Part shown: in pieces, positions 7,685 through 15,665 of the stretch
Numbering within the stretch: position 1 is the first letter of the stretch
How the letters are laid out: each line of letters begins with the position of its first letter
Assembly: GCA_028819215.1 (NCBI GenBank)
Contig: JAPPMG010000102.1
Location: 69,541-133,540, forward strand
Origin: Bryobacterales bacterium
GTDB taxonomy: Bacteria > Acidobacteriota > Terriglobia > Bryobacterales > UBA6623
Direction of reading: 5' to 3'
DNA: 64,000 nt
The notes under the pieces: model-generated
Told to the model about the DNA's origin: nothing
Seen by the model: only the letters and a program-made list of their open reading frames with translations
The model's database searches: none
Translations under genes and position numbers: made by a program

Positions 7685-8683
7685 CTACGCATCAGGGTCC
7701 CTAAGGCTCGTGAGCCGATCAAACACGTCGTTGAAAATAAGGTCGCGGTTGCAATTGTTCGCGACCCGGATGTCGTGTCGGCCGGATACGGTCTTCCAGC
7801 GCATGTCATCGGTCAACACGGGGCTTGACACGATTTCCGAGGGGACCCAGGCGGGGTTGTTCAGCCATGCGATCGCCGAAATGTCCCAGATGACCTTGGA
7901 ATACGGAAATCCGGTGTTTCGTCCCTTGGTTCTTACAGCCTGGTACTGGAGAAACTGGCCATACAGGTAATCGCCTATCCGCGAGCGCCCGCCCAGGAAT
8001 TGCTCCAACTCGGACGCCGTCGTCTTCAGATGCTCCGAAACGTTCTTGGTCGGGATCTGGACCAATGGGACTCCGCTGTCGAACAACACTTGCGAGGCAA
8101 TCACATCTTGCTGCAGGTTGAACTCCCTTGCTGAAGGCCAATAATGCGTGGTGCCTCCGAGCCAGACGACAACCATCCTGTCCTTGATCCTCGGCTCCAT
8201 CAGAATGGCTGACGATACATTCACAGGGCAGCCGATGGTCAGAACATAGAGAGGCTCGTCGCTGGATTTCAGCGCCTTCTCGATTAAGTCGCCCGCGGCA
8301 TCACTCTCGACTGGCTGGCCCTTCCCTTTCATGAACTGGCTTGAGCCACGAAACACATTGCCAGGGTCAGCATCGGCGAAGAAGCTGAGCAGCCGCAGGA
8401 TCTCCTCGTAGCTCTTCTCCATTCCTACAGCAGCGGATGGCGAGCGATCGTTGACGAATGGCGCGGCGTAGATCGCCTCAATCGACAATCGCTCCGGCGA
8501 CAGCAAGCTGTAGGCAACCGCATATTGGTCATCAATCTCGTTGTAGGTGTCCGTATCCAGTACAGTTCTCACTCGACCAGGGCCAGGAATGGCTAGCAGA
8601 CGGTCGAGGTCGTCGCTTTGAGCTTGGGCGGAAGCGGCCAGCGTGCCGACGGTGGCCTGCATGAACCTGCGTCGAGATGTCAT
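7685..8683 (-). CDS. inosine-uridine preferring nucleoside hydrolase (IUNH) family protein with TAT signal
   Basis: ORF 7685..8683 (-). N-terminal MTSRRRFMQATVGTLAASAQA, then the IUNH aspartate cluster VLDTDTYNEIDDQYAVAY. Confidence 0.8.
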   Translation of the reverse strand: MTSRRRFMQATVGTLAASAQAQSDDLDRLLAIPGPGRVRTVLDTDTYNEIDDQYAVAYSLLSPERLSIEAIYAAPFVNDRSPSAAVGMEKSYEEILRLLSFFADADPGNVFRGSSQFMKGKGQPVESDAAGDLIEKALKSSDEPLYVLTIGCPVNVSSAILMEPRIKDRMVVVWLGGTTHYWPSAREFNLQQDVIASQVLFDSGVPLVQIPTKNVSEHLKTTASELEQFLGGRSRIGDYLYGQFLQYQAVRTKGRNTGFPYSKVIWDISAIAWLNNPAWVPSEIVSSPVLTDDMRWKTVSGRHDIRVANNCNRDLIFNDVFDRLTSLRDPDA

Positions 8684-9089
8684 GGCGATCGCAGCGATAG
8701 TATCACGGACGAGGAAGACTCAGCGGGCCGAGTCATTTCTCCTTTCGCGGCCGACCTGAATATGAGGATCCGGTCCGGTCGCGCGACCTCGACTATCCAC
8801 CCGATAATTTCGTCAACAGTGCGCGGGGCGAGAGTTGAACCACTGCGAGGCTGCTTCTAGCTTCCGGAGCCTGTACGGCTAGCACCCTCTTCTCGGGGCG
8901 GTTGTTTGCTAGCCATGGGCATGTCGTGCATTGGCATTGATCGCAGGATGCCTGATTCTGCTCACCCGTCCAGCACCCCAGCGGCGTAATGGCGTTGAGT
9001 GCTGTGGTACTGCGCCTTCCCAGCCTCGTGGAGCCGGTCGGTCTAGACGGTGGCTTCAGCCTTTGCCCAGTCGGAGCGTCCTCGTCCCG

Positions 9090-9383
9090 TCAGCGGCCCA
9101 ACTCATCTTGGACGATTGACGGTCGTTTATCAATTAACGCAAGTAGAACGCGAGCCGGCCCCTCCGGCCGGCGACGACCCTGCTCCCAATTCTTCAGTGT
9201 TCCGAGCGGGATACCGATGCTCTGAGCGAAGGCCGGTTGCGACAGCCCCGTCTTGCTCCTTATTGCGACCACATCGGGGTCGGGCACCTCGACTTGGTGC
9301 ACAGTGAATCCAGCACGTTCGCCGTTCAGGTACGCCTGTGCCTCATCTAGCCCGGCCATGATCTTGTCGAACGCTTTGGTCAT
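9090..9383 (-). CDS. XRE-type HTH antitoxin (HigA/NadS-like)
   Basis: ORF 9090..9383 (-). HTH segment IRSKTGLSQPAFAQSIGIPLGTLKNWEQGRRRPEGPARVLL. Its ATG overlaps the upstream toxin stop (ATGA at 9380-9383). Confidence 0.8.
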   Translation of the reverse strand: MTKAFDKIMAGLDEAQAYLNGERAGFTVHQVEVPDPDVVAIRSKTGLSQPAFAQSIGIPLGTLKNWEQGRRRPEGPARVLLALIDKRPSIVQDELGR

Positions 9384-9727
9384 GAAGCTCTCCTATAGTC
9401 CGCAATAACAGACTTCGCGGCTTGGATCAACGCCCTACGTTCCTCCACGCTGAGACTTGCTTTCTCGTTCTTGGCGAAGACGGTAAGCAAGAACACCGGT
9501 AGCTTGTCGCCTGCGAACAGGAACACCACTCGTGCGCCGCCGCGCTTGCCGCGTCCGGGAAGGGCGATCCGGACCTTTCGGATGCCGCCACCGAGCGGCA
9601 CGCCCGCCTCGGGGTTCTCGGCCACCATGTTGACGATCGTGGCACGGAGATCTTCGGATAGAACGCCACGGGCAGCCGCGAGATACGCTGGAGTCTCCAC
9701 AACGGTTTGCAGGGCCACACCAGTCAT
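9380..9727 (-). CDS. RelE/HigB-like toxin (COG4737-type addiction module killer)
   Basis: Part of ORF 9380..9757 (-). ...NPEAGVPLGGGIRKVRIALPGRGKRGGARVVFLFAGDKLPVFLLTVFAKNEKASLS matches this toxin family. Toxin-first gene order as in higBA. Candidate ATGs at 9742, 9733 and 9727; 9727 chosen. Confidence 0.75.
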   Translation of the reverse strand: MTGVALQTVVETPAYLAAARGVLSEDLRATIVNMVAENPEAGVPLGGGIRKVRIALPGRGKRGGARVVFLFAGDKLPVFLLTVFAKNEKASLSVEERRALIQAAKSVIADYRRAS

Positions 9728-10349
9728 TAGCATAGGCGTCATTGGCGTCGGCGTCAATGGCGGCGGGAGTGGCCAAGGCGCATGGGTTCATCAGCTTGGC
9801 GCGCCACAGTGTAGGGTAGGCCATCTCCCAAAGAGCACTGCACTTGAGTCCCCAATGGCCACAAGATTCGTGGATTCGCAGGGGCAGCGGCGCTCTTAGT
9901 CACAACCACGCGGAGGCACAGCTGGGCTGGCGTGGAACCCCCAATTCCATATAACCTTACTCCGGTCGGCTAGAGCGAATGTGTTGCACTCGGCGGAGGG
10001 CTAAGCCCTGACCTGCGACCTCGGCACGGATACAGCGATACGAATCTCCGTGACCGAATGCTCTTGGAACTCGTACCCGAACCCGGGGCCGGGAATCGAA
10101 AATTCCGACCTGCGACTCGAGACGAGGTTCGGTTCCCAAAAATGTGTTCGCTGTCTCGAGCGTCGCTGCCGTTACTGCTGTCGTTGTGCCCTTGTTTCCC
10201 AGCTGCCCCTCGATCCCGTGACCCAGAGTCGGAGAGATTCGTCGCAGGTTCCGTCTGCCTAGAGCGGTCGACGCCCCCTTCGTGCCAGGGGGGCCTTGAG
10301 TGCCAAGTCCGGAAGACGCGGCAAGTTCAGTTGAAAGCTGCCTAGTCCT

Positions 10350-11087
10350 TCAGTCTGACTTGAGCTTCCGGCGAATCAACTCTGCGGTGTTTCCGGCCAG
10401 CAGTGCCGAGGAATCCTTCGAGAAATGTACGTTGTCAGGCCGCACGTGCGGGACGTTGCGGCCCTTAATAAATGAGTTCATGTCATCGACTTCAACACCA
10501 TGACGCTCAATCACTTTCCTTGCAGCGCCGTTGTACTTGGCCAAGTCCGCTGGCACCCGCCCTTGGGCTCCCTCAGGCACCGGAGTGGTGGGACGCCAGA
10601 TCAGTGTTGCGCCGGTCTGACTCAGCCGCTGGAGCAGTTTCTCCAAATTCGCCGCATACTCGCCCACGGTGCTCACCTGCTTGCCTTTGGGCGGGAGCGC
10701 GAGCTTACCCTCTTCATCCACATACTTGAGGTCATGTAGGCCCCAGTTGAAGTGGATTAGGTCCCACTTCCCCTCCCCGAGCCAGCGGTCGATTGATTCG
10801 AGCCCCTTCCACGTGTGCGCGCAGTTCTCCGGAGGACGATGCACGTTGGCAATTCCATCTAGCGCGGCCCGCAATGGCAGGGTGTAGCCGATCGAAATGG
10901 AATCCCCGATGATCAGCACCCTGGGAAGCATCGGATCGTCGACCACCGGCGCGAATTCGGCTCGCGGGGTAGGTTGGCCGACCGCGGCTGCAGCGAACAG
11001 AGCCGTCGCTAGCGCAATGCGGCAGACGCACGATCCTAGCCTCGGGCCAAATCTCCCGCAGTCAGTAGTTTGGAAGAATATGTTCAT
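10350..11087 (-). CDS. SGNH/GDSL hydrolase family protein (secreted)
   Basis: Part of ORF 10350..11201 (-). Block I VLIIGDSISIGY, followed by DLIHFNWGLHD. Hydrophobic signal-like N-terminus from ATG 11087. Confidence 0.75.
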   Translation of the reverse strand: MNIFFQTTDCGRFGPRLGSCVCRIALATALFAAAAVGQPTPRAEFAPVVDDPMLPRVLIIGDSISIGYTLPLRAALDGIANVHRPPENCAHTWKGLESIDRWLGEGKWDLIHFNWGLHDLKYVDEEGKLALPPKGKQVSTVGEYAANLEKLLQRLSQTGATLIWRPTTPVPEGAQGRVPADLAKYNGAARKVIERHGVEVDDMNSFIKGRNVPHVRPDNVHFSKDSSALLAGNTAELIRRKLKSD

Positions 11088-11103
11088 CTCGATTGTCTCC
11101 GTT

Positions 11104-12653
11104 TCACTGGGCCTGATCGCCAGCCGCAGAGTATAGTTCCCCGCCACCTTCGCTGACGCCAGGCAGCGCGGCTTTCCATCCGTTCCGAAGGACCGCGGCA
11201 AGGCGGTCCATAGTGGACTGGTGCTCTGGATCGCCAGCTAGGTTGTCGTACTCCTTGGGATCGCTGTCCAGATCGTATAGCTCGAATTGCGGGTCACCAT
11301 CACCCTTAAGCGGCGTCCACTCCGTAAAGCGATAGCGCGCAGTCCGCACTGATCGTCCATGCGCGCCACGCCGCTGCGCTTCCGAGAAAATCGCGCTCTT
11401 CCAAGGAACGTCCGGGTCTTCAAGAACGGGCCGGAAACTGATGCCCTCCATGCCTTCGGGAGACGGCAGTCCGCAGAGATCGGCCAAGGTTGGGTAGAGG
11501 TCAACGAGCTCGACCAACGCGCTCGTGGTCCGGCCGGACACTCCGCCAGGTATTCGCACGATCAATGGAACTCTCGTCGATTCCTCGAATTGCGTGTGCT
11601 TGCGCCAGAGCCCGCCGTGCTCTCCGAGATGGAAGCCGTGGTCGCTGACGAAGACCACAATGGTGGAGCTTTCCAATTCAAGTTCAGCCAGCGCCTCCAT
11701 CAGCAGACCGACTTGGACATCCATCAGCGTGACCGTCGCGTGGTAGGCGGCGATCGCTTGGCGCACCTGCTCCTCGCTGTGTTCCTTGTCTTCCGGATAG
11801 TTGCCTAGCGCTGGGGCCGGAATGTCGGCAGTGTCGTCGCTGGCTCGTCGGGCGCGACGACTTCTGAGATCGGGTGCTGCTCGAAGAACTCCTTGGGCGC
11901 TACCCAAGGCTGGTGCGGTTTGTGGAAGCCAGCCGCTATAAAGAACGGCCCGTCCCGATTCTCCCGCAACAGTTCAATGACACGCCGCGTAGTCTGGCCA
12001 TCGGGGGTCTCGGCTTCGGTCTCGTCGGTGGCCCGCCAACTCAACGGCATCCCGGTAGGACGGTCTAGGTACCCCAAGATTTCCGCCCGCGACAGGCCAT
12101 CGTCCGAACCCTCGATCCACGTGTTGTCACGGACCTCGGAGTGGTCCACTCCCGGAAGGTAGTGCTCCCGCCGGGCTGCATTCTCGGAGATGTCCCATTT
12201 CACGGCAGCCTCGTACCTGCCGTGGGCTACCTTCCCCACCCTTGCGGTGAAGTATCCGTGCTCGTTGAAGTACTCGGGCAGCATCACGACGTCGCCGAGG
12301 TGACTGCGCGGCTCTACGAAGTTTCCGTAGACGTTCGTGGTAGCAGGCCGGCGGCCGCTGAGGAAGGACGTCCGAGACGGGTTGCAGACCGGATCCTGTG
12401 CGTAGGCCCTGTCGAATTGCACCCCCTCAGATGCAAACCGGTCGAGGTTGGGGGTCTTGGCTGTCGGATAGTCCTGATACGTGCCCAGTGCAACGTTCAG
12501 ATCGTCTACGACGATGAACAGCACATTGGGTTGTTCCGGCAGTGCGGACGTCTCGGACGAAGAGCATGCCCCAAATAGGAGCGACAGGCAGGCCACTGCC
12601 AGCACCGTCACCTGCGATTGCGAAAATAGGTGGGAGATTCGGCTCTGATGCAT
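11104..12653 (-). pseudogene. Cys-type sulfatase (iduronate-2-sulfatase-like), frameshifted
   Basis: ORF 11805..12653 gives the N-terminal half (signal peptide, NVLFIVVDDLN, active-site CNPSRTSFLSGR). ORF 11104..11907 gives the C-terminal half in a different frame (VFVSDHGFHLGEHGGLWRKHTQFEESTRVPLIV). The joined reading ...VAPDEP / SDDTADIPAPALGNYPE is colinear; the indel lies near 11840. Confidence 0.8.
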
Positions 12654-12781
12654 GGTTGCTTGAGGGCTATCCGGTGCTGTCCGAACCGGAGCACGGCCCG
12701 AACCTATGATAGATTCGCCGGCTGTCCCCGAACTCCGTGAATTCCGTTTCTGTGGATATTGCGCTCCCGAATCTGTAAGTC

Positions 12782-13414
12782 ATGGCCCGCAAGCTGCAAT
12801 CCATCTTTCTCATAGGCCCAGCGGGGCGGCTCGAGGCACTTCTCGAAGAACCCGAGCCTCCCAATCGAATCGAGCGTGCCCTCGTGGTCTGCCACCCCCA
12901 CCCCCAGTACGGCGGGACGATGCACAACAAGGTCGCCTTCCGCATTGCCAAGGCTGGCCGCAGCATCGGGGCGGCCGTGCTGCGATTCAACTTCCGCGGC
13001 GTTGGAGCAAGTTCGGGCACTTATGATGCCGGCCGGGGCGAACAGGACGACCTCAGAGCGGCGATGCAATACATGCAGGAACGCTATGCGGGCGTCCCCC
13101 TGACTGTTGGCGGGTTCTCGTTTGGGTCGAGAGTCAGCTTGCCTGTCTGCTGTGGTCACCCGTCCGTGGAGCGAGTCGTCGCCGTTGGAACTCCCGTCAA
13201 TCGGGACGACGACATGAGTTTTCTAGAGGGATGCGGGTGCCCCAAGCACTTCGTGCACAGCACTCAGGACGAGTTCGGTTCCCGTAGCAACATGGAGCGC
13301 GTCTTCGACATGGCGGGCGAGCCCAAGCAGCTGACCTGGGTTGAGGCCAGCGATCACTTCTTCTCCGATGCCCTAGACGCATTGGAGGATGCCGTGCGCA
13401 AGGCGCTGGGCTAG
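12782..13414 (+). CDS. alpha/beta hydrolase (COG2945-like)
   Basis: ORF 12782..13414 (+). LVVCHPHPQYGGTMHNKV...LRFNFRGVGASSG and nucleophile elbow GFSFG. Confidence 0.7.
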   Translation: MARKLQSIFLIGPAGRLEALLEEPEPPNRIERALVVCHPHPQYGGTMHNKVAFRIAKAGRSIGAAVLRFNFRGVGASSGTYDAGRGEQDDLRAAMQYMQERYAGVPLTVGGFSFGSRVSLPVCCGHPSVERVVAVGTPVNRDDDMSFLEGCGCPKHFVHSTQDEFGSRSNMERVFDMAGEPKQLTWVEASDHFFSDALDALEDAVRKALG

Positions 13415-13424
13415 GCTACGCACG

Positions 13425-14402
13425 GTGAAGTTCGCGATCTACGGTGCCGGCGCGGTCGGTGGCTTCTTGGGCGCCCGTTTGCTAGAAGGCGGGCATGATG
13501 TCCACTTCATCGCACGCGGAGCAAACCTGGACGCCCAGCGCGAGCAAGGCCTATTGATTCGCAGCGAGGTGTTCGGCGAGAAGCGCTACGGGGTGCATGC
13601 AACCTCATCTGCGACCGAGGTCGGTCCATCGGACTTCGTAATCTTGGCTGTTAAGGCCAGCTCGCTGACGCACATTGCACCACTCGTCGAGCCCCTGAAG
13701 GGTGCCGGCACGACCTTCGTCTCGACGCAGAACGGCCTGCCGTGGTGGTACTTCTACGGTGTGCCTAGTGACGACACGCCCATCGAGTGTGTCGACCCCG
13801 GAGGCGTGGTCGCGAAGCATATCCCTGCACCGCTCGTGCTAGGAGCGATCGTCTACTTTTCGTGCTCCATGGCCGGCCCCGGCATCGTTACCCACAGTTC
13901 CGGTGCGCGCTTGCCCCTGGGAGAGCCCTCCGGGGAGCGTAGCGAGCGCATACGCCTACTTTCGTCGGCACTGCGGGACGTCGGCATCAAGGCACCGCTG
14001 CGCAACGACATCCGCCATGAACTCTGGGTCAAGCTCATGGGCAATGCAGCGTTCAATCCTCTCTGCGCCTTGACCCGCACGACACTGGCCGAACTGACCG
14101 ATTCCCCCCAAGGCTTACGCCTGATAGAGGCGATCATGGACGAAGTGCGACAGGTTGCCTCAGCAGTTGGCGTCCAGATCGCGCTCTCCAACGAACGCCG
14201 CATCGCCGGGGCGCGCGCGGCGGGAAATCATAAACCATCCATGCTCCAAGACTTGGAACAGGGGCGTGTCGCGGAGTTGGATGCGCTAATGGGCGCTGTG
14301 CTGGAGCTCGCCGACAGATACCATGTTTCTGCACCGACACTTAGAGTGATCGATACAGCCTCCAGACTGCTCTTCCAGCAAGCGTCCGAGCGAGTGACCT
14401 GA
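13425..14402 (+). CDS. panE: 2-dehydropantoate 2-reductase
   Basis: Part of ORF 13389..14402 (+). GTG start at 13425 gives VKFAIYGAGAVGGFLGARLLEGGHDVHFIARG (Rossmann fold). ApbA/PanE C-terminal pattern ...HELWVKLMGNAAFNPLCAL...HKPSMLQDLEQGRVAELDAL. Confidence 0.8.
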   Translation: MKFAIYGAGAVGGFLGARLLEGGHDVHFIARGANLDAQREQGLLIRSEVFGEKRYGVHATSSATEVGPSDFVILAVKASSLTHIAPLVEPLKGAGTTFVSTQNGLPWWYFYGVPSDDTPIECVDPGGVVAKHIPAPLVLGAIVYFSCSMAGPGIVTHSSGARLPLGEPSGERSERIRLLSSALRDVGIKAPLRNDIRHELWVKLMGNAAFNPLCALTRTTLAELTDSPQGLRLIEAIMDEVRQVASAVGVQIALSNERRIAGARAAGNHKPSMLQDLEQGRVAELDALMGAVLELADRYHVSAPTLRVIDTASRLLFQQASERVT

Positions 14403-14440
14403 AGTCCCGGATACGCCAAGGCTAGTCAGAACGTCAGACC

Positions 14441-15259
14441 ATGCTGCATTGGGATCATCCACAGGTTCGAGAGCTCATCCGGCTCGCGGTGGCCGAGGAT
14501 GTTGGTGCCGGCGACGTAACTACCGAGGCCTGTGTGCCCGTAGACTCGCAGAGCGTAGGCTATTTCTTGCCTAAGCAAGACTTAACGTTGGCTGGCACTG
14601 AGCTCCTGCGAATCATCTTTCAGGAAGAGACGGTCGAGATCTTGGAGGACGATGGCACACGTTTGTGTGCGGGCCAAGTCTTCGCCAAGGTCGCCGGAGC
14701 GACCCGGAGACTCTTGACCATGGAGAGGACGGCCCTAAACTTCCTCCAACGGGCTTGCGGCGTTGCCACCTTGACGAGTCGGTTCGTAGAAGCGATTGAA
14801 GGAACAGGCTGCACCCTTCTGGACACACGCAAGACAAGCCCCGGCATGCGCGTGATCAACAAGCTGTCCGTCCGTGCCGGCGGTGGCACGAATCACCGCT
14901 TGGGACTCTTTGACGCGGTGCTGATCAAGAACAATCACGTTGATGCCGCAGGCGGCCTCACACAAGCTGTTGAGAACTGTCGGCCTACGGGTCGCGCCAT
15001 CGAGGTCGAGGTTCGTGACCGGGCGGAGTTGGACGAGGCGCTTCGCTGCGGAATCCGCCATGTCCTGCTGGACAACTTCTCCCCTCAACAAGTTGCAGAG
15101 GCAGTAGAGCACGTTGCGGGCCGGGCGAAGTTGGAGGTATCCGGCAACGTCGGCCTAGCAACCATCCGAGGCTATGCTGAAGCTGGCGTCGACTATATTT
15201 CTGTTGGGGCGCTGACCCACTCCGCACCGGCGGCCGACATCAGCTTCAGGCTGGAGTGA
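14441..15259 (+). CDS. nadC: nicotinate-nucleotide diphosphorylase (quinolinate phosphoribosyltransferase)
   Basis: ORF 14441..15259 (+). LIRLAVAEDVGAGDVTTEA...MERTALNFLQRACGVATLT...LLDTRKTSPGMRVINKLSVRAGGGTNHRLGLFDAVLIKNNH. Confidence 0.9.
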   Translation: MLHWDHPQVRELIRLAVAEDVGAGDVTTEACVPVDSQSVGYFLPKQDLTLAGTELLRIIFQEETVEILEDDGTRLCAGQVFAKVAGATRRLLTMERTALNFLQRACGVATLTSRFVEAIEGTGCTLLDTRKTSPGMRVINKLSVRAGGGTNHRLGLFDAVLIKNNHVDAAGGLTQAVENCRPTGRAIEVEVRDRAELDEALRCGIRHVLLDNFSPQQVAEAVEHVAGRAKLEVSGNVGLATIRGYAEAGVDYISVGALTHSAPAADISFRLE

Positions 15260-15315
15260 AATCAGTCGACGGTCCCGATGCATCCCACGCACTAGTGAGC
15301 TGGGGGTGCTGTTGA

Positions 15316-15609
15316 TCACTTGAGTGCCTGCAAGCGGCGCTCGGCCTGAACCGACCGTGAGTCATTCAGCTTCAATTCGGTAATGACAATCACCTCGCGC
15401 GATCCCGACTGCGAGAAGTAGGCCCAACCCAACGAGTACCAGAACAGCGGCACCGTGAACCAGTAGACTACATAGCCCTTCTCATACCATTCGAGGGTTT
15501 GAAATACAGCGCATACAAGCCCTAGGAGGAGTACAACCTTCTCGGACGTCTTCTTGCGGCTCCATGGAGCCAGCCACCAAGATACTTCGGGCTCAATCCT
15601 ATGCTCCAT
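15316..15609 (-). CDS. hypothetical small membrane protein
   Basis: ORF 15316..15609 (-), 97 aa, with two hydrophobic segments (VVLLLGLVCAVFQTL; YWFTVPLFWYSLGWAYF). It sits 56 nt downstream of the FtsX permease gene on the same strand. No recognisable family. Confidence 0.35.
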   Translation of the reverse strand: MEHRIEPEVSWWLAPWSRKKTSEKVVLLLGLVCAVFQTLEWYEKGYVVYWFTVPLFWYSLGWAYFSQSGSREVIVITELKLNDSRSVQAERRLQALK

Positions 15610-15665
15610 TGCAGAATGCTAGCACTAGATCAGCTGAACGCCTTGTAACGATCGCGGTAGATGCC

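Noticed and set aside
8777-8788. Perfect 12-bp palindrome GGTCGCGCGACC about 95 nt upstream of the nucleoside hydrolase start
   Set aside because: In GC-rich DNA of this length, several perfect 12-bp palindromes are expected by chance. There is no second copy or flanking motif.
10085-10112. Minus-strand match TTCGATTCCCG to the tmRNA/tRNA T-loop region, considered as a tRNA fragment or an att repeat of an ssrA-integrated island
   Set aside because: The match is only 11 nt and in inverted orientation relative to ssrA. The acceptor-stem portion does not match, and the enclosing inverted repeat (56 nt) is too short for a tRNA.
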